Of a stretch of 64,000 nt of DNA, positions 38,328 through 52,670 are shown piece after piece. Within the stretch, counting starts at the first letter, position 1; every line of letters starts with the position of its first letter. The notes beneath the pieces were generated by a model, which was given only the letters and a program-made list of their open reading frames with translations, was not told the DNA's origin and made no database searches. A program made the translations under genes and the position numbers. The DNA is from the human T2T-CHM13v2.0 reference genome, Homo sapiens, in the NCBI RefSeq assembly GCF_009914755.1, contig NC_060937.1; one strand, 5' to 3'.

Positions 38328-39843
38328 TGTGATATAAGAAATATATTTCACCTATAAGTGAGATCATGCAATGTTTTTCTTTCTCTGTCTGGCTTATTTC
38401 TTTTAGCATAATGTCCTCCAGGTCCACCCACATTGTGCAAATGGAAGGCTCTCTTTCTTTTTAAAAGCTGCATAATATTAGGTTGTGTGTAATGTACGTG
38501 ACATTTTCTTTATTCATTCTTCCATCAATGGACATTTAGGTTATTTCCACATTTTGGCAATTGTGAATAATGCTGCAAGGAACATAGGAGTGCAGGCGTC
38601 TTTACAAGGTGGTGATTTTATCTCCTTTAGGCATATATGCAGAAGAGAGATTGCTGGGACTTTCGTTAAATAAGTAAATTTTAGCTGTTCTTGTCATTTT
38701 GTTAAATAAGTAGATTTTAGCTGTTTTGTGTGTTCTTGCCATACACACAAAAGTAACTATAGGAGATAATATGTTAATCTGCTTCACTATAGTAACCACT
38801 TTACTATCTATATGTCTCCCATAACATGTTGTAGCCCTCATATATATGAAATAAAATTAATTTTAAAAATAAAATGATACTAAAGAAGAAAAAATAGACA
38901 TGTTTGTATGTATTTTGGTCTTGGTCCCCAGCTCCTGGCCTGAACTCCTAAAACCCTTGTAACTTCCTAAGTGATAAGAGTGATAGGAATATCTTTTATT
39001 ATATTATTTGTTTTGTTTTGGGGTTTTTTTGCCTCCAATTTCTGAAACAGCTCTGGGGAGATAAAGGTGAAAGGAACAGCCTCTGTTGTTCTAACAAGCT
39101 CCTTTCAACCACATCTGAGGTTCTGTTCATCAGGCAACATCTGGAAAGCCCCTAAGCATGAGGCAGTGAGGAGGGGGTGGTTGCCAGGGGAATCAACCAT
39201 GATTAAAGGGTTGGAAATTTCAGTGACATCCCCTGAACCCTGGGGGGAGGGAGAGGTGTTGAAGGCTGAGCTGATCACCAATGGCCAATGATTTAATCAA
39301 TCATGACTATGTGATAGATCCTCCATAAATATGCTAACCAAAGAGGTTCAGAGAGCTTCAAGGTTGATGAACTAGAATGCATCTAGTTGATGAACTAGAA
39401 TGCATCTTGTGAAGAGGGTGACACCCCCAAATTCCACAGGGACAGAAGCTCCTGTGCTCAGGACACTTTTGGGCCTCACCCTGTGTATCTCTTCATCTGG
39501 CTGTTCATTTGTGTTCTTTAAAATTTCCTGTTTAATAAGTGAGTAATGGTATGTAAACTTTCCTTGGATTCTGTGAACTATTCTGGCAAATTATCAAACA
39601 TGAGGAGGAGGTTGTGGGAACCTCTGACTTCTAGCCATGTCAGACAGAAGTTTGTGGCAACATGGGGACTCGCTACTTGCAATTGACATCTGAAGTGGGG
39701 GGCAGTCTTGTGGCACTGAGCCCTTAACCTGTGAAGTCTGGGCTAACTCTGGGCAGTTAGAGTTAGAATTGAGTTAAACACTCACATTTGGCTCAGAATA
39801 AATCTCTTCAAATATTATCAGAGTTTGACTCTTTTCATCGACA
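38328..39843 (+). mobile_element. MER21A-like LTR, interrupted near its 5' end by an L1
   Basis: tgtgatataagaaatatattt, resuming at tttggtcttggtcccc...gatcaccaatggccaatgatttaatcaatca...tttggctcagaataaatctcttcaaata...cgaca. Confidence 0.8.
38349..38875 (+). mobile_element. L1MA4/5-like 3' end with 5' inversion
   Basis: 38349-38659 is antisense ORF2 end; 38660-38875 is sense 3' terminus with aataaa and an A-rich tail. Confidence 0.75.
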
Positions 39844-42800
39844 ATCCTTAGCTTCAAGATGTCAATTCTTGGTATTTGATTGAAATTCCTAATTAAAGAA
39901 AGACACATTCATTTCAGGACTTAATTCTTAGCTGAATGCCACCTTCCAGCAGACATTAAAGAGAAAGCTCTTAAAATTCTATAATACTGAGAAAAGTACT
40001 AGCAGAGATGAAGTGGTTACCTCAGATTCTGAAAATATTTTCTATTTAAGATACATTTTAAACTTCTTAGAAAATATGAATCACCAGATTTCTACATATT
40101 GCTATTGTTTATCAAGGCATCTGGAGAGGACTTTGTTAAAATCTTCTGCTTCCCTTAGTATTGTTAATATTAATTGAAACTTTTTGCAATAAAGTGCCAG
40201 TCATGAATATGTATTAGATGAATGTATATATGTCAATGGAACTCTGTTAGAAATGCACTTTTTTTCATTCATTGCCTGCTTTGGATGTTGTATAAAACAG
40301 TTTTCTGGGCTGATTATATGCAACATATACTGAGTTGATGAAATTGATTGGTATTTGCTCTTTTTCACAAGGAACTTATTTCAGCTAGCCAGTGAGGGTA
40401 AAACTATATGTATCTTTGCAAAACCATCCACATTTACCCTTTGAAACAGATTGTCTCAAGGATTCTGACTCCATCTAAGAATATATCCATATATTTGGAG
40501 CTATGCACCTTGGAATGTGTGACTTTCTGTCCATGCTTTGCTGGGAGAGCCTGATCTGAAGGGAATGGCTTAATGCAAGTGCAGGCTCAGTGATGTGCAC
40601 TTGGGAGAAGGGAGGGGTCAGTAGAAACTTCTTGACAATGACAAGATGTTGAAATTTAAAAAAAGGATTTAAAACCACCGAAGTGTCTGGCCTCCTCTCT
40701 TAGTGAAAGTTGATTACCACAGATGATAATATGTAGTTATATTTTAGTTAAAATACTATTTAATTATTAATAAAATAGTAAGAAATGTGATTAAAATATG
40801 CTGGGCTGATAATATATTATTGGTTTATGTTTCATTAATAATAATTTATAAAAATGGATGAATACATCATCTCAAATGAAGATATCAATTCCTGACACAA
40901 GAGGTTTATTTATTCACCTTTGGCAGATTCAAGGTTTAATAATAGAAAGCTAAAGAAACCAAGAGGACAGAAGACTTTTATCACCTTCTAAATTTAGGGC
41001 TTTGAATGATAAGGACTTTATGTGTCACAACACTAAACAATTTCACCTACAGAGTGCTACAGTGAAATTACCACTTATTTGGGGTCCCCGAGATAGCACA
41101 TTTCATTTTTACCTTGTTTTATTTTACCTATTTCCTGGGAGCAGGCTTAGTCCTACAAGGGAAATACAAAAGCTCCCTTCACACTATGATATGAGAACTG
41201 TAAATAGCCCTGCCTGGGAAAACTGATCTTATCCAGAAAGTTTACTGGGCAGACATCTGTACTGTTACATTAACTATGACTACATAGAAAAGCTCCAGTC
41301 TAAAATGTGTAAATACCATCTGACCAAGCCCTTTGGGCCCTCCTCTCTCACTAACACCCTAGGAGACATTATCCTCCACAGTTAAGATGCTGATTTCTTG
41401 ATGATGGGATGGGAATGGAAAGAAACATGAAGGCCAATCCGAGGAAGCAGCCCGCAGATGAAGAGAAATCTATTTCCATTAATATTTGCTAGGGCCAGGC
41501 TTGCAGGGAAGAAACTGGGTTTTAGTAGTTTCTCTGCTGATCCGTACTCATTATCAGCTGTAACAGACAAAAGATGAAGATGGGAAAAAGAGAAAAAAAA
41601 AATTTAAAAGATGCAAAGGCAAACCATCAATACTCAACTTTCAAGATACTACAAACCAGAAATTGTGTGAGGAGCTTCTAAGAGCTGCAGTTTCCTCTCT
41701 GATTCTGGAGAGAAGAACAGTTCAGGAGAGATCAGAGTATTTTCTCATTTAAAAATGATGTAGCAGTTGCTAACTCTAAAATATTGCTGGGAAGATAATG
41801 ATGCTCATTTGCCTCAGAACCAGACAAAGTGAGATGGGACTCCAACAGGAGGACCCCACGGATCCTATACTGCTTTAGGTAATATCACAATTCCTATATT
41901 CCCTTAAATTTTATTTTATACTTTAAACACAAATGCCATTGAACATCATGTCTATTCAGAGCTCACTATTTTTCTGACTCCTCATCAAGCAGCAGAGTTA
42001 ATGGATTTTGCAAATCAACTGCATCATATGGCAAAAAGATTCCTGAAGTTAGAACCAGAACTAGGCTTGGTTGATTGGTATTGATTATCTTTGTAACCTT
42101 TTGTAATTCATATAAACTCATTGAGTCACACATAATATGGTGAATATCCTTATCCACATTAAGGATTTTTTTTCATGAACATTAAGTTGGACCTGGTATT
42201 GAGCAGAATAATTAATAAGTTAAATACATTATGTTATAAAAGTTGGGTCCTCCCTAACTACAATTTAGCCTATAATCAAAGGCGGAACATCAGTCACTGA
42301 CTCTGTCCTAGAGTGTGGGAAAACACTGGGAACATTATCAATCCATCCAAGTGTCCGAGAATAACAGAAACCCCCGCTTTCAAAAAACTCTTTAGAATGA
42401 AAAACGTCACATAGAATCATATCGGCATCTTTGAGGGGAGATTTTTCCTGCATATCCTCTTCTGAACAAATTAAGTAATAAAAAGTAAGGCAGATGGGAA
42501 ATCAAAACTTCATCTTTATAACTAGAAGTGAAATTGGGAGATCATAGTTTAGTGGGAGAGCCTGATATAGCTGCTGGCTGAACCCACTAATTAGAAACAC
42601 TTACCCACCCAATCAAAAGAGCACTGAGGCAGATCTTTTGCCCTTTCACCCTTCATGGGCAGAGTGTGTCCCAGGAGGAGCAGAGCAGAATGCATGTTTC
42701 TTGTAAATGGCTTGCTTTCAAGAGAAGGGTAAAACTGGGCTATGTATGCTCAATGTAGTTATCCATAATTAACCAATAGAACAAATCACCACACCACTGC

Positions 42801-43998
42801 CACCTTGGGGTGAAATGAGTAAATGGCAGACAGAGACCAGGAGTGAGCATATTTTGTCCCACAATCTAGGACAGAGTCAGAGTCATTTAACTGTGTTCCC
42901 AGCATAGGAAGGAAACATCAAAAGTAGATTAGGAAACATCCCTCGTAACAATTCTCTTTTTGATCTCTTGACCCCTTGGGCTTAACTCTCAATCCCCCAT
43001 GGGAAAGGGACCAACAATCCTTCAGGATATTTTTGTTCCCATCTTGAGGCCATTTCCTCAATAAAACCATTGTTCCTCCAACTGACTAGAGTTCATATTT
43101 ATTTACAGTGTGTTTAGATAAAATTTATATACACTACAAACCACTTTTGTGTTTGTATTCTAAATTTTTTTCTGCAACTAAAACTGTTGCTTTTTAAAGA
43201 ATATCAACAAATAACATTTCTCTTTTCTGCCCCAATTCTGAGTAAATTGAGAAATAAAACAAATAGTAAGGCAGATGGAAGATCAACATAGAGGTAGCTT
43301 AGTGATCGAGTCAAATGGGCTTGCCAGATGAACTCCAGAAGTGGGCACAGTTCCTTGCCCAGCCAGTGCCAATCCTGCAGGGAGAAATCCTGTCCTGGAA
43401 GAAATGGAGCAGAATGCCTGCTCCCTGATGGCATTTTATTTCCAAGGGGAAGAGGAGCTGAATTGGGCAATGTCTGCAAAGTCAGTCTCCCCAGGTCGAT
43501 CAATTAGTACATCTTCTAATCCTACCTTTCATCTTGCCTTGGGGTGAGCAAAGGGGCAGGGAGAGTCTAGAAATTATATCAGCTTCCTTCACAGAAAGAA
43601 AACAGCAAATACTAGGGAAAAAAGTGCCCCCACCACACTATTTTAATACTGTGTTTATTTAGAAATTTTATATATTTCATTTTTTCTCAAATTCCAGTGG
43701 TAATTCATGCTACTTGCAACAAGTAAAACAATATAATACAACACTATATACGGGCAAAGGTCATCACTGCTGTTCCCATGTGCCATTACAGCTCTTCCTA
43801 AGATGATCAAACTTGTCAACCTTTCGATGTATGTATCCTTCTAATCGTTCTGATTTTTCCTTTTCTAAAATATTTTCTTCATTTTGTTAATAATGCTTCT
43901 GCTATCCATGGGTAGCAAACGTATGTTCCTTGATATTCTTGCAAGAAATAACAGTTATTTCCCAGTTTCTGTTGGTCAGAAACTCAGGCACAGTTTAA

Positions 43999-44390
<392 letters not shown>

Positions 44391-44482
44391 AGGAAGGACC
44401 TACTTTCAAGCTCACTCAAGTTGTTGCTGGAAAGAAACAGATCTCTGTAGGTTGTTTGTTCCTCCCTGGCTGTTGCCTAGAG

Positions 44483-45011
44483 CAGCACTCTCTGACCTTT
44501 TTAGCACCAGGGACTGGTTTCATGGAAGACGATTTTTCCATGGACCGGGATTGTGGGGCATGGTTTTGGGATGATTTAAGCATGTTACATTAATTGTGCA
44601 CTTTATTTCTACTATTATTACATTGTAATACATAATGAAATGATTATACAACTCACCATAATTTGGAATCAGTAGGAGCCCTGAGCTTGTTTTCCTGCAA
44701 TGAGATGGTCCCATCTGGGGGTGATGAGACACAATGACAGATCATCAGGCATTAGATTCTCATAAGGAGCAAACAACCTAGATCTCTCACATGTGCAATT
44801 CACAGTAGGGTTCATGCTCCTGTGAGAATCTAATGCCACTGCTGATCTGACAGGAGGCAGAGCTCAGGTGGCAACGCGAGTGATGGGGAGCAGCTGTAAA
44901 TACAGATGAAGTTTCACTGCCTCCTCCGCTTCTCACCTCCTGCCATGTGGCCTGGTTCCTAGAAGGAAACAAACAACTACTGGTCCATGGCCTGGGAGTT
45001 GGGGACTCCTA
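44483..45011 (-). mobile_element. MER1A (hAT-Charlie non-autonomous)
   Basis: gcaccagggactggtttcatggaagac...gttggggactcct; perfect 8-bp TSD GCCTAGAG (44475-44482 / 45012-45019). Confidence 0.92.
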
Positions 45012-45319
45012 GCCTAGAGGACTTCAATACAGCAAGCAAGCAAGAAGAGTCAAAGAGAGCAAGAGTGCTAGTAAGACAGAAGTCACTATCTCTTGTAACC
45101 CAGTCTTAGAAGTGGTAGCCCATCATTTTTGCCATATATTTAATAAAATTCAAAGCAAATCTCTAGGACCAGCCCAGACTCAAGAGAAGGGAATTGCACA
45201 AGGGTGTGAATTCCAGGAGACAGAGATTATTGGAGACGATATTAGAAGTCAGTCTACCACACAGCCCTAAAACATTGTTGCTTCATTGTTTAAAGCAGGC
45301 GTCTTTGGCTTCCAATTTT

Positions 45320-46050
45320 AGTGTCTTACCATTCAGAGTAATACTTGTTTTTCTTTCATAAATAGTGTTTATCTATTCTTATATAACTTAGAATTTTTAC
45401 ATTAAGGATACCTGTTGCAGACCATTAAATACATTTTCAGCATCTATTCGTGCAATCATATACTTTTTCCTTTAATTTAAATGAATTGAGTTAGGTTGAC
45501 AGATTTCCCAATAATAAAAATAAAATAAGACTTGCATTCTTGGAATATGACTCCACTTAGTCATAGAATATTAATCTTTTGCTATACTGTTGATTTTATT
45601 GGTGGCTTTTTATTTATAATTTTTTAATCTACATTTAATACAAATAATTGTTTATAGCTTTCTTTTGTATATTATCTTTATAAAATTTGATATTCAACTT
45701 AAGCTGGATTTATGAAAGGAATACTTAGTTTTCCATCTTTTTCTGAAGTTGAAAATGGTTTTAACAAATGATAGAATCATCTGTTATTTTAATGGTTAGA
45801 TAAAATTCAGCCTTGAGCCCATCTGGTTCTGACATCATTATAATGGAAGTAGTTCTTCAATCATCTTTTCATTCTCTTCTATGGTAATTGATTTAATCAT
45901 GTTTTTTATGTGTTAATTTAATTTAGGCATTTTATATTTTGTCAAGAAGTTTTCTATTCTATATTTTTCAAATTTGTTACTCTGGAGTTACATATTATTT
46001 TCTAATTCTTATCTTTCCAAATTATCACACTTCTACTTGATTTTCTATTC
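45320..46050 (-). mobile_element. Old L1M ORF2 fragment
   Basis: ttttcagcatctatt, cttgcattcttggaata and tagataaaattcagccttgagcccatctggt. Confidence 0.7.
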
Positions 46051-46251
46051 CCCCTTTTATAATCACATTAGATGCCAAAGTTCTTTTGGGAATAAAGTAG
46101 TGGATAAGTATACACACACCTACATAGATGCATAAATGCATTAATGAATCAATCACAACACCCTGGTCTATGGGATCCAATATGTAGCATAGTACTTAGC
46201 ACATGGCAGTTCACTGAGAACTACTGAATACATAAATCACCTCATACCTGC

Positions 46252-46623
46252 TGTATTAGTCACCTCAGGCTGCCATAGTCAAATACAACCAACCAAGTGT
46301 CTTAAACAATAGGAATTTATTTCTCACAGTTCTGGAGGGTGGGAAGTCCAAGATCAAGCTGCTGGCTGATTTGGTTCCCTAGTCAGGGCTCCTTTTTTGC
46401 AGCCTTCCTGCTGTGTCCTCACATGGTAGAGACAGAGAGAGAGGAAGTAAGCTCTGTAGCATTTCTTCTCATAAGGGCACTAACCTCATCATGATCAGGC
46501 CCCACTCTCCTGACCTTGTCTAAATCTCATCACCTCCCAAAGGCCCCATGTCCAAATATCACCACACTGGGGATTAGGCCTTCAATATATGAATCTGGGG
46601 GTGACACAATTCAGTCCATAGCA
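46252..46623 (-). mobile_element. MLT1A/A0 MaLR LTR
   Basis: tgtattagtc...tttctcacagttctggagg...aagtccaagatcaag...gacacaattcagtccatagca. Confidence 0.88.
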
Positions 46624-46646
46624 CTTACATTACTACCTAATCTTCA

Positions 46647-47105
46647 TGTTGTGGGTTTGTGTCTTCTAAAAAAGTTTCTTTAAGCCCTAATCTGTGGTAC
46701 CTGTGAATAGGACCTTATTTGGAAATAGGACCTTTGCACATGTAATCAAGTTACAATGAAGTTATAGCAGATTAGGGTGTGTCCTAATCCAATGAACGAT
46801 GTCCTTAAAAGAAGAGGGAAATTTAGATGCAAATATAAATAGGGAGAGAGCACAATGTGACCACAAAGGCAGAGACTGGAGTGCTTCATCTACAAGCCAA
46901 GGAACACCAAGGAGCGCCAGCAACTGCCAGAGCTTGAAGAGAGGCATGGAACAGACTCTCCCTCAGTGCCTCCAGGAGGAAGCAATCAAGTCGATATCTT
47001 GACTTCAGACCTCTAGCCTCTAGAACTATGAGACAATAAATTTGTGTTGTTTCAAGCCACCTAGTTTGTGGTACTTTGCTATGACACCTCTAGGAAACTA
47101 ATATA
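46647..47105 (+). mobile_element. MLT1B/C MaLR LTR
   Basis: gaccttatttggaaatagg...ctacaagccaaggaacaccaagg...ctaggaaactaatata; TSD-like CTTCA/CCTCA. Confidence 0.88.
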
Positions 47106-47169
47106 CCTCATGTCTATTGTCCTTAATCCTTAATTCTAGCTGTTCTACCTTTGAACTATTCAGCTTAAT

Positions 47170-47700
47170 TCAGACAGAAAAATCTTTCCTAAAAGTTATT
47201 CACATGATGTCCCTTCTTTGTTCAAAATGACAAATGATACACCATTTCCTCCAATTATCACTAAATGCTTGTTTGCCTTATTTTCAAGATCTCGAACAGT
47301 TATATATTTTTCCATGCTTTCCTCTTTTGAACCAAGCTAACTTTTTACTGTCCCCAAACACTCCACATTCTCTTCTGCTTTCACGGTTTGCTCCCTTCAT
47401 GCAGTCTCTCTACCATCCTTCTGTTGAAATCACATGCTTTCTTTAAGGTCAACATTAAAATTAAAATCAATCTTTTCATTTATCATGCCAACACTTCTTA
47501 TCTCTTTGCTTTGAATTCAAAGAAAAGCTATCATTTATACCACAAAATTTGGCTTGTTATTAAATATTGTAATTACAAGGGTTTTATCTGTGTTTGTCTT
47601 GATGACTACTCTTTAAGGTGAACACCATTTTATACTTCTGAGCATCTTTCATTCCTAGCACAGTAATAAGATATGCAAGAAAGAGTTTCTAATTAATGTG
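47170..47700 (+). mobile_element. L2 (degenerate)
   Basis: aatctttcctaaaa...gatgtcccttctttgttcaaaa...ttcctagcacagt. Confidence 0.5.
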
Positions 47701-48420
47701 TGCCCACCACATGCATACTAAATATTATTCCCACCCCCAAATACATAATAAATATTGCATTTAATCATACATGCATAAGTCTTGGCTAAAGACAACTCTG
47801 TTATGACCTACTTCATTAGTAATGCCTTTGTCCTAAATTTTTTGCTACTTTAGAAAAACTCAGAGGAAAAGAAGCTTCATTTAGTCAAAATGCAAAACAA
47901 GATCTCAGGTGTGGGGATGATCCAGCAGGTCATTTTGAAAGTGCTCTGGTTTGAGGTAACATAGTGTTTCTTTCACAAACATAATAATCCATTATAGTCA
48001 GAGAGCACGATATGGAAACAGAATTTCTCTTCTGTCATTCATGGGAGTCGAGAGCTACCTTGTAGGAGATGTGAACTATCTGCTCCTATGTCTGTCCCTA
48101 GTTTATGCCTTTGACAATAGTTATTCAGTATCTGGAAAAGTGATTATCTAGATTTTGCCTCTCCCCATTGACAGTCTAATCACTGGCAGTTTCAAATGAA
48201 ACTCAGCACCTGTGCTCACGTTAACCACTACTGCAGCCTCCTTCCTGATGGATCTGTAGTGTTCTCTCCTTTGCTCACTCAGCTCTGACCACAGGGCCAA
48301 CCTGCTGCTCCTCAAACTTGCCCACGAGCACATGCAGTTCTCTGACTGCAATGTTCGTTCTCCACATATCCTTAGTCTCCTTACTTCATTCAAGTCTCTC
48401 CTTCAATGTCACCCCCTCTG

Positions 48421-48941
48421 TGTTAAAATACAGTGTATTAATAGAAATGTGGAGCTATTGTAAGGGCAATAGACCAGGAGGTAAATTCCACTGAAAGGAC
48501 AGTTTGTTACTCACAGTTGCCAAGAACAGGGGCATGACCCACCATGGTGGACCCAGCGGGGAAACACTGGGGCCAATCAGGAGGCAGAAGGTTGTGGGGA
48601 CAGCTGTGGGTAAAAGCTTCTATTACAGTGTCCAGGGGAAGGGAATCAAGTTTAGGATGGACTAGTTTGAATAATTTCAGTGGGGTTGTCCCTAGTTATC
48701 TGGTGTCTGGCCCTGAGGTGATGAGAGCAGATGGATAGTGGACTAGAATATGACAAACGATAAAGGAGGGGGTTAGGGTCTGGGATCTGGATTCCTTGGT
48801 TTGGATTTGGAAAGCACATCCATGAGTTGTTTACTATCTCTAAGACTTGGCTATCCCTGAGAGAGGCAGTCCCTCCAGGATCAGCCAGGCCCCAGGGATG
48901 AAAGCATCAGAATACAGAAAATAAAGGATTCAGTTAAGGCA
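48421..48941 (-). mobile_element. MER76-like ERVL LTR inserted in L2 (L2 ~48230-49090)
   Basis: tttaggatggactagtttgaataatttcag and gcatcagaatacagaaaataaa; L2 flanks caatgtcacc / aggcattccct. Confidence 0.7.
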
Positions 48942-49119
48942 ACCCTCAAAGAGGCATTCCCTTATACCTTAAGGAAGCATCTCACTCCCCACCACCAGTC
49001 TCCATCCTCTGCTCTTTTATTCGACTTTATGGCACTTCATGGAATGTATCTGATAAATATTTTTCACGTCTTTCTTCAGTAGAATAACTTCATCAGAACT
49101 TACATTTCAATGCAAGTCA

Positions 49120-49845
49120 AAACCACACCAGTCAGAATGGCTATTATTAAAAAGTCAAAAAACAACAGATGGTGGTGAGTTTATTGAGAAAAGGGAATGC
49201 TTGTACACTGTTGGTGGGAATGGAAATTAGTTTGGTCATTGTGGAAAGCAGTTTAGAGATTTCTCACAGAACTAAAAACAGAACTACTTATTCTACTCAG
49301 CAATCCCATTACTGGGCATACACCCAAATAAAATAAATCATTCTACAAAAAGACACATGCACTCATATGTTCATCACAGCACTATTCACAATAGCAAAGA
49401 CATGGAATCAATCTAGGTGCCTATCAATGACAGACTGAATAAAGGAAATGTAAGTACATATACACCATGGAATACTATACAGTCATAATGAAGAGCAAAG
49501 TCATATCCTTTGCAGCAACATGGATGCAGCTGGAGGTGGTCATCCTAAGTGAATTAATGCAGGAACAGAAAACCAAACACCACATGTTCTCACTTGTAAG
49601 TAGGAGCTAAACATTGGGTACTCATGGACATAAAGATGGGAACAGTAGATACTGGGTACTACTAGAGTGGGGAGAGGGACAGGGAACAAGAGCTGAAAAA
49701 CTCTACCTATTGGGTACTATGTTCACTACTTGGGTGATAAGATCATTTGTACCTCAAACCTCAGTATCACACAATATACCCATGTAATAACCTTGTACAT
49801 GTACCCCCTGAATCTAAAATAAAAGCTGAAATTATTTTAAAAACC
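49120..49845 (+). mobile_element. L1PA15/16-like 3' end
   Basis: ccagtcagaatggctattattaaaaagtc...ggacataaagatgggaaca...catgtaccccctgaatctaaaataaaag. Confidence 0.9.
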
Positions 49846-50236
49846 CTTTTATTTCAAAAGGTTATTACTGTCTTCACCATAAGAAGAGGACTTAAGCTCT
49901 GTTCCCAGCCCACAGTACATACTCGGCAGTACTTATTAAATAAATGAATAAACATATAAATGGGTACTTATAGCTCAGGCTATAATTTTCCATCCGTAAT
50001 AGTATCATATGTGAATTCTGTTTCACAAAATATTACATGAAAGCAAAGATGAAATACTCCAGAAAAATGTGTTTGATGATACTAAAATGTGTTTAGTAAT
50101 GACAGAGATTGTTATAAAAAGTATATGTAAAGGGTTCAAATAAATTTTTTCAGAAAATGTAAGAATAAAAAAGCAATATTTCTAAATTAAACAACACTAT
50201 GATATATATTATGCAATATTCTATGTACTTATAATA

Positions 50237-50580
50237 CAGACGTGAACTGCATAAAAACATTTTGGTCAATGATAGACTACATTCACTCTGGCGGTCCCAT
50301 GACATTATAAAGCTACATTTTTACCATACCCCTTCTATGTTTATTTCTATGTTTTGATACATAGATACCATTGTATTACAATTGCTGCAGTATTCAGTAT
50401 AGTAACATGCCATATATTTTGTAGTCTAGAAGCAATAGGCTGTATCATATAGCCTAGGTGTGTAGCAGGCTATACTATTTAGGTTTGTGTAAGTATACTC
50501 TGTAATGTTTGCACCACATCAAAATCACCTAATGACACATTTCTCCAAATATGTCCCCACTGCTAAGCAATGCATGGCTG
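50237..50580 (-). mobile_element. Tigger3a/MER7A-like MITE
   Basis: tatagcctaggtgtgtagcaggctata core; ends cagacgtg / gcatggctg flanked by TA. Confidence 0.85.
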
Positions 50581-51067
50581 TACATGTTAATTAAACATTA
50601 TTTTATTTATAATTAACATGTGTACCACAAATTAACACATCAAGCATTGTAAAAATGCATATATTCAACTTGGTCAAAAAATTATCCTTGGGAAAATTAT
50701 CTTATCAGGATTACGTTATGTTCAGGCATATAAAGTATTCTTTGAGTCTACTTAACTTAGGATTATATTCATGTCAAGGCATTGTTTTAAAGAATTTTTG
50801 CTGGAAAGTCATTAAAATGTCAAAAAGAGAAAAAATTCTTTCCAGAGTCAATGAATGTCAGTCATGGAAACAACACGTATATCATCAATGCCCTATCTCC
50901 TTTTCTGTTCTCATCCCAGAAGTGAAGAGATCAGTTCTTCTTTGCAGAGCACGAGAAGCAGTAATCACTTGCAAAACAAACTAAAGTGCTAAGAAAAGAA
51001 TTACCTTCCCTTCAGTACAGCTATGCAAGTAATTAAGAATGACTTCTTGGGTTTTTTAAATTAAGAA

Positions 51068-51239
51068 CTTTTTTTTTAGAGACGGGATCTCTGTTTTGCC
51101 CAGGCTGGAGTGCAGTGGCTTTTCTCAGGGGCAATCATAGCACACTGCTGCCTCCAACTCCTGGCCTCAAGAAATCCTCCCGCCTCAGCCTCAGCCTCAG
51201 GGATAGCTGGGACTACAGGTGGGTACCACCCAGCCCAGC
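51068..51239 (-). mobile_element. FAM-like fossil Alu monomer
   Basis: Retains the 7SL-derived segment gcagtggcttttctcaggggcaatcatagc (cf. ctattcacaggcgcgatc). Confidence 0.75.
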
Positions 51240-51689
51240 TTAAAGGCTTCTTCTTAAAAGTCCTGGAGGAAAAAAAACCTTAAAATTTGGAGGCTCGATG
51301 AAGCCCGAAAGAATGATAGTCTCTTGGTGAAACTGAGATAAAAAAGGAAGGTTTGGGAGATGGTGTGTCTGATAACTGGATCATATATTTTGAGTCTGAA
51401 GTGGTGTGGTACAACTAATGGACCCTGAAAAGGAGTGTGTTGAGCAAGACTGAAGGTTCTCAAACTTAAAAGCACATTAGAATCAATCGCAGAACTTTTA
51501 TTGATGGCAGCCCATCTCCCTTCTCCAGAAGGGGAATTCAGTGGGCCTTGGGTGAGGCAAAGGCATTTTTTAAGTGCCCTGGCTTAGGGTGGTAAATCTC
51601 TTGGACAGATACAGAAGTCAGGTTCAGTCTGTTGAGGTGGAGTAATTATTCCCAGCTTAAGTCAATGTGGTTGGTTGATAAGAAAAATG

Positions 51690-51840
51690 AGAGGGGGTCA
51701 GACCCAGGTTTACATTCCTTTCTGCCACTTCCTGGGTGTTGGGATCTTTGACAAGGAAATTAACTTTTCTGAGACTCCCTTCTCCTATTCTGTATTATAT
51801 AGATAATAATATCTCTTTTATAAGACTGATGTGAAAAGAT
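51690..51840 (+). mobile_element. MIR
   Basis: tcagacccaggttt...tctgccacttcctgggtgt...tttgacaag. Confidence 0.65.
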
Positions 51841-52407
51841 GGAAGGCTGCTGGCTTATGTCCCCAAATATTTTTATTCTTTTTTTCTCCTGTTCCTACAT
51901 TGAAGTCTTGGAAAGGTGGTTATTTTTAAGTCATTTGGATAGTTACTGATTTGTAGCATGTACTTACTTTTCTGTGAAATAAAAAAGTTAATGACCAATT
52001 ATGATCTTCTGTGCTGACCATGTTGCACATTCTATTTACTGGATGCCAAGGGGGCAATGATAGCCATGGTACTGATTAATAGAGTCTTGTGACAGATGGG
52101 ATTCATTTAAACTTCTAAGACAGTAATTGCTTACATTCAACTGTGGAAAGTCTACATTAAAAATCCAGATGGAACATGGAACTTACTTTCAATGTGCGTG
52201 TATAATGTATACTGGTATTAAACATGCAGACACATACATATCTCTGTGGCCTTCATATATATCTATGAAGACTCATGTGTACTTCATTTCCTTGTACACA
52301 TCATAGAACTCAAAATTCTCCATTTTCCAAGTTATGCAGGCTATTTTGACAGAAAAATAATAATATTGTAACCAAGAAATAGTCTGTGAGCCTTAGTGAT
52401 GAAATAA

Positions 52408-52670
52408 AGGATGGAAAGGAAGGAAGGAGGGAGGGAAGGAAGGGAGGGAGGGAGGGAGGGAGGAAGGAAGGGAGGGAGGGAAAGAGAGAGAAAGAGAGAA
52501 GAAAGAAAGAAAAAGAAAGAAAGAGAGAGAGAGAAAAGAAAAGTAAAGAGAAAAGAAAAGAAAGAGAAGAAGAGAGGGAGGGATGGAGGGAGGGAGGGAA
52601 AAATGTAAAAGAGAGAGAAAAAGAAAGAAAGCAAGAGAGAGGAAAGAAGGAAAGGAAGGAAAGAAAAAAG
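52408..52670. repeat. Polypurine low-complexity tract (GGAA/GGGA/GAAA/GA)
   Basis: About 260 bp of almost pure purine on the + strand. Confidence 0.95.
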
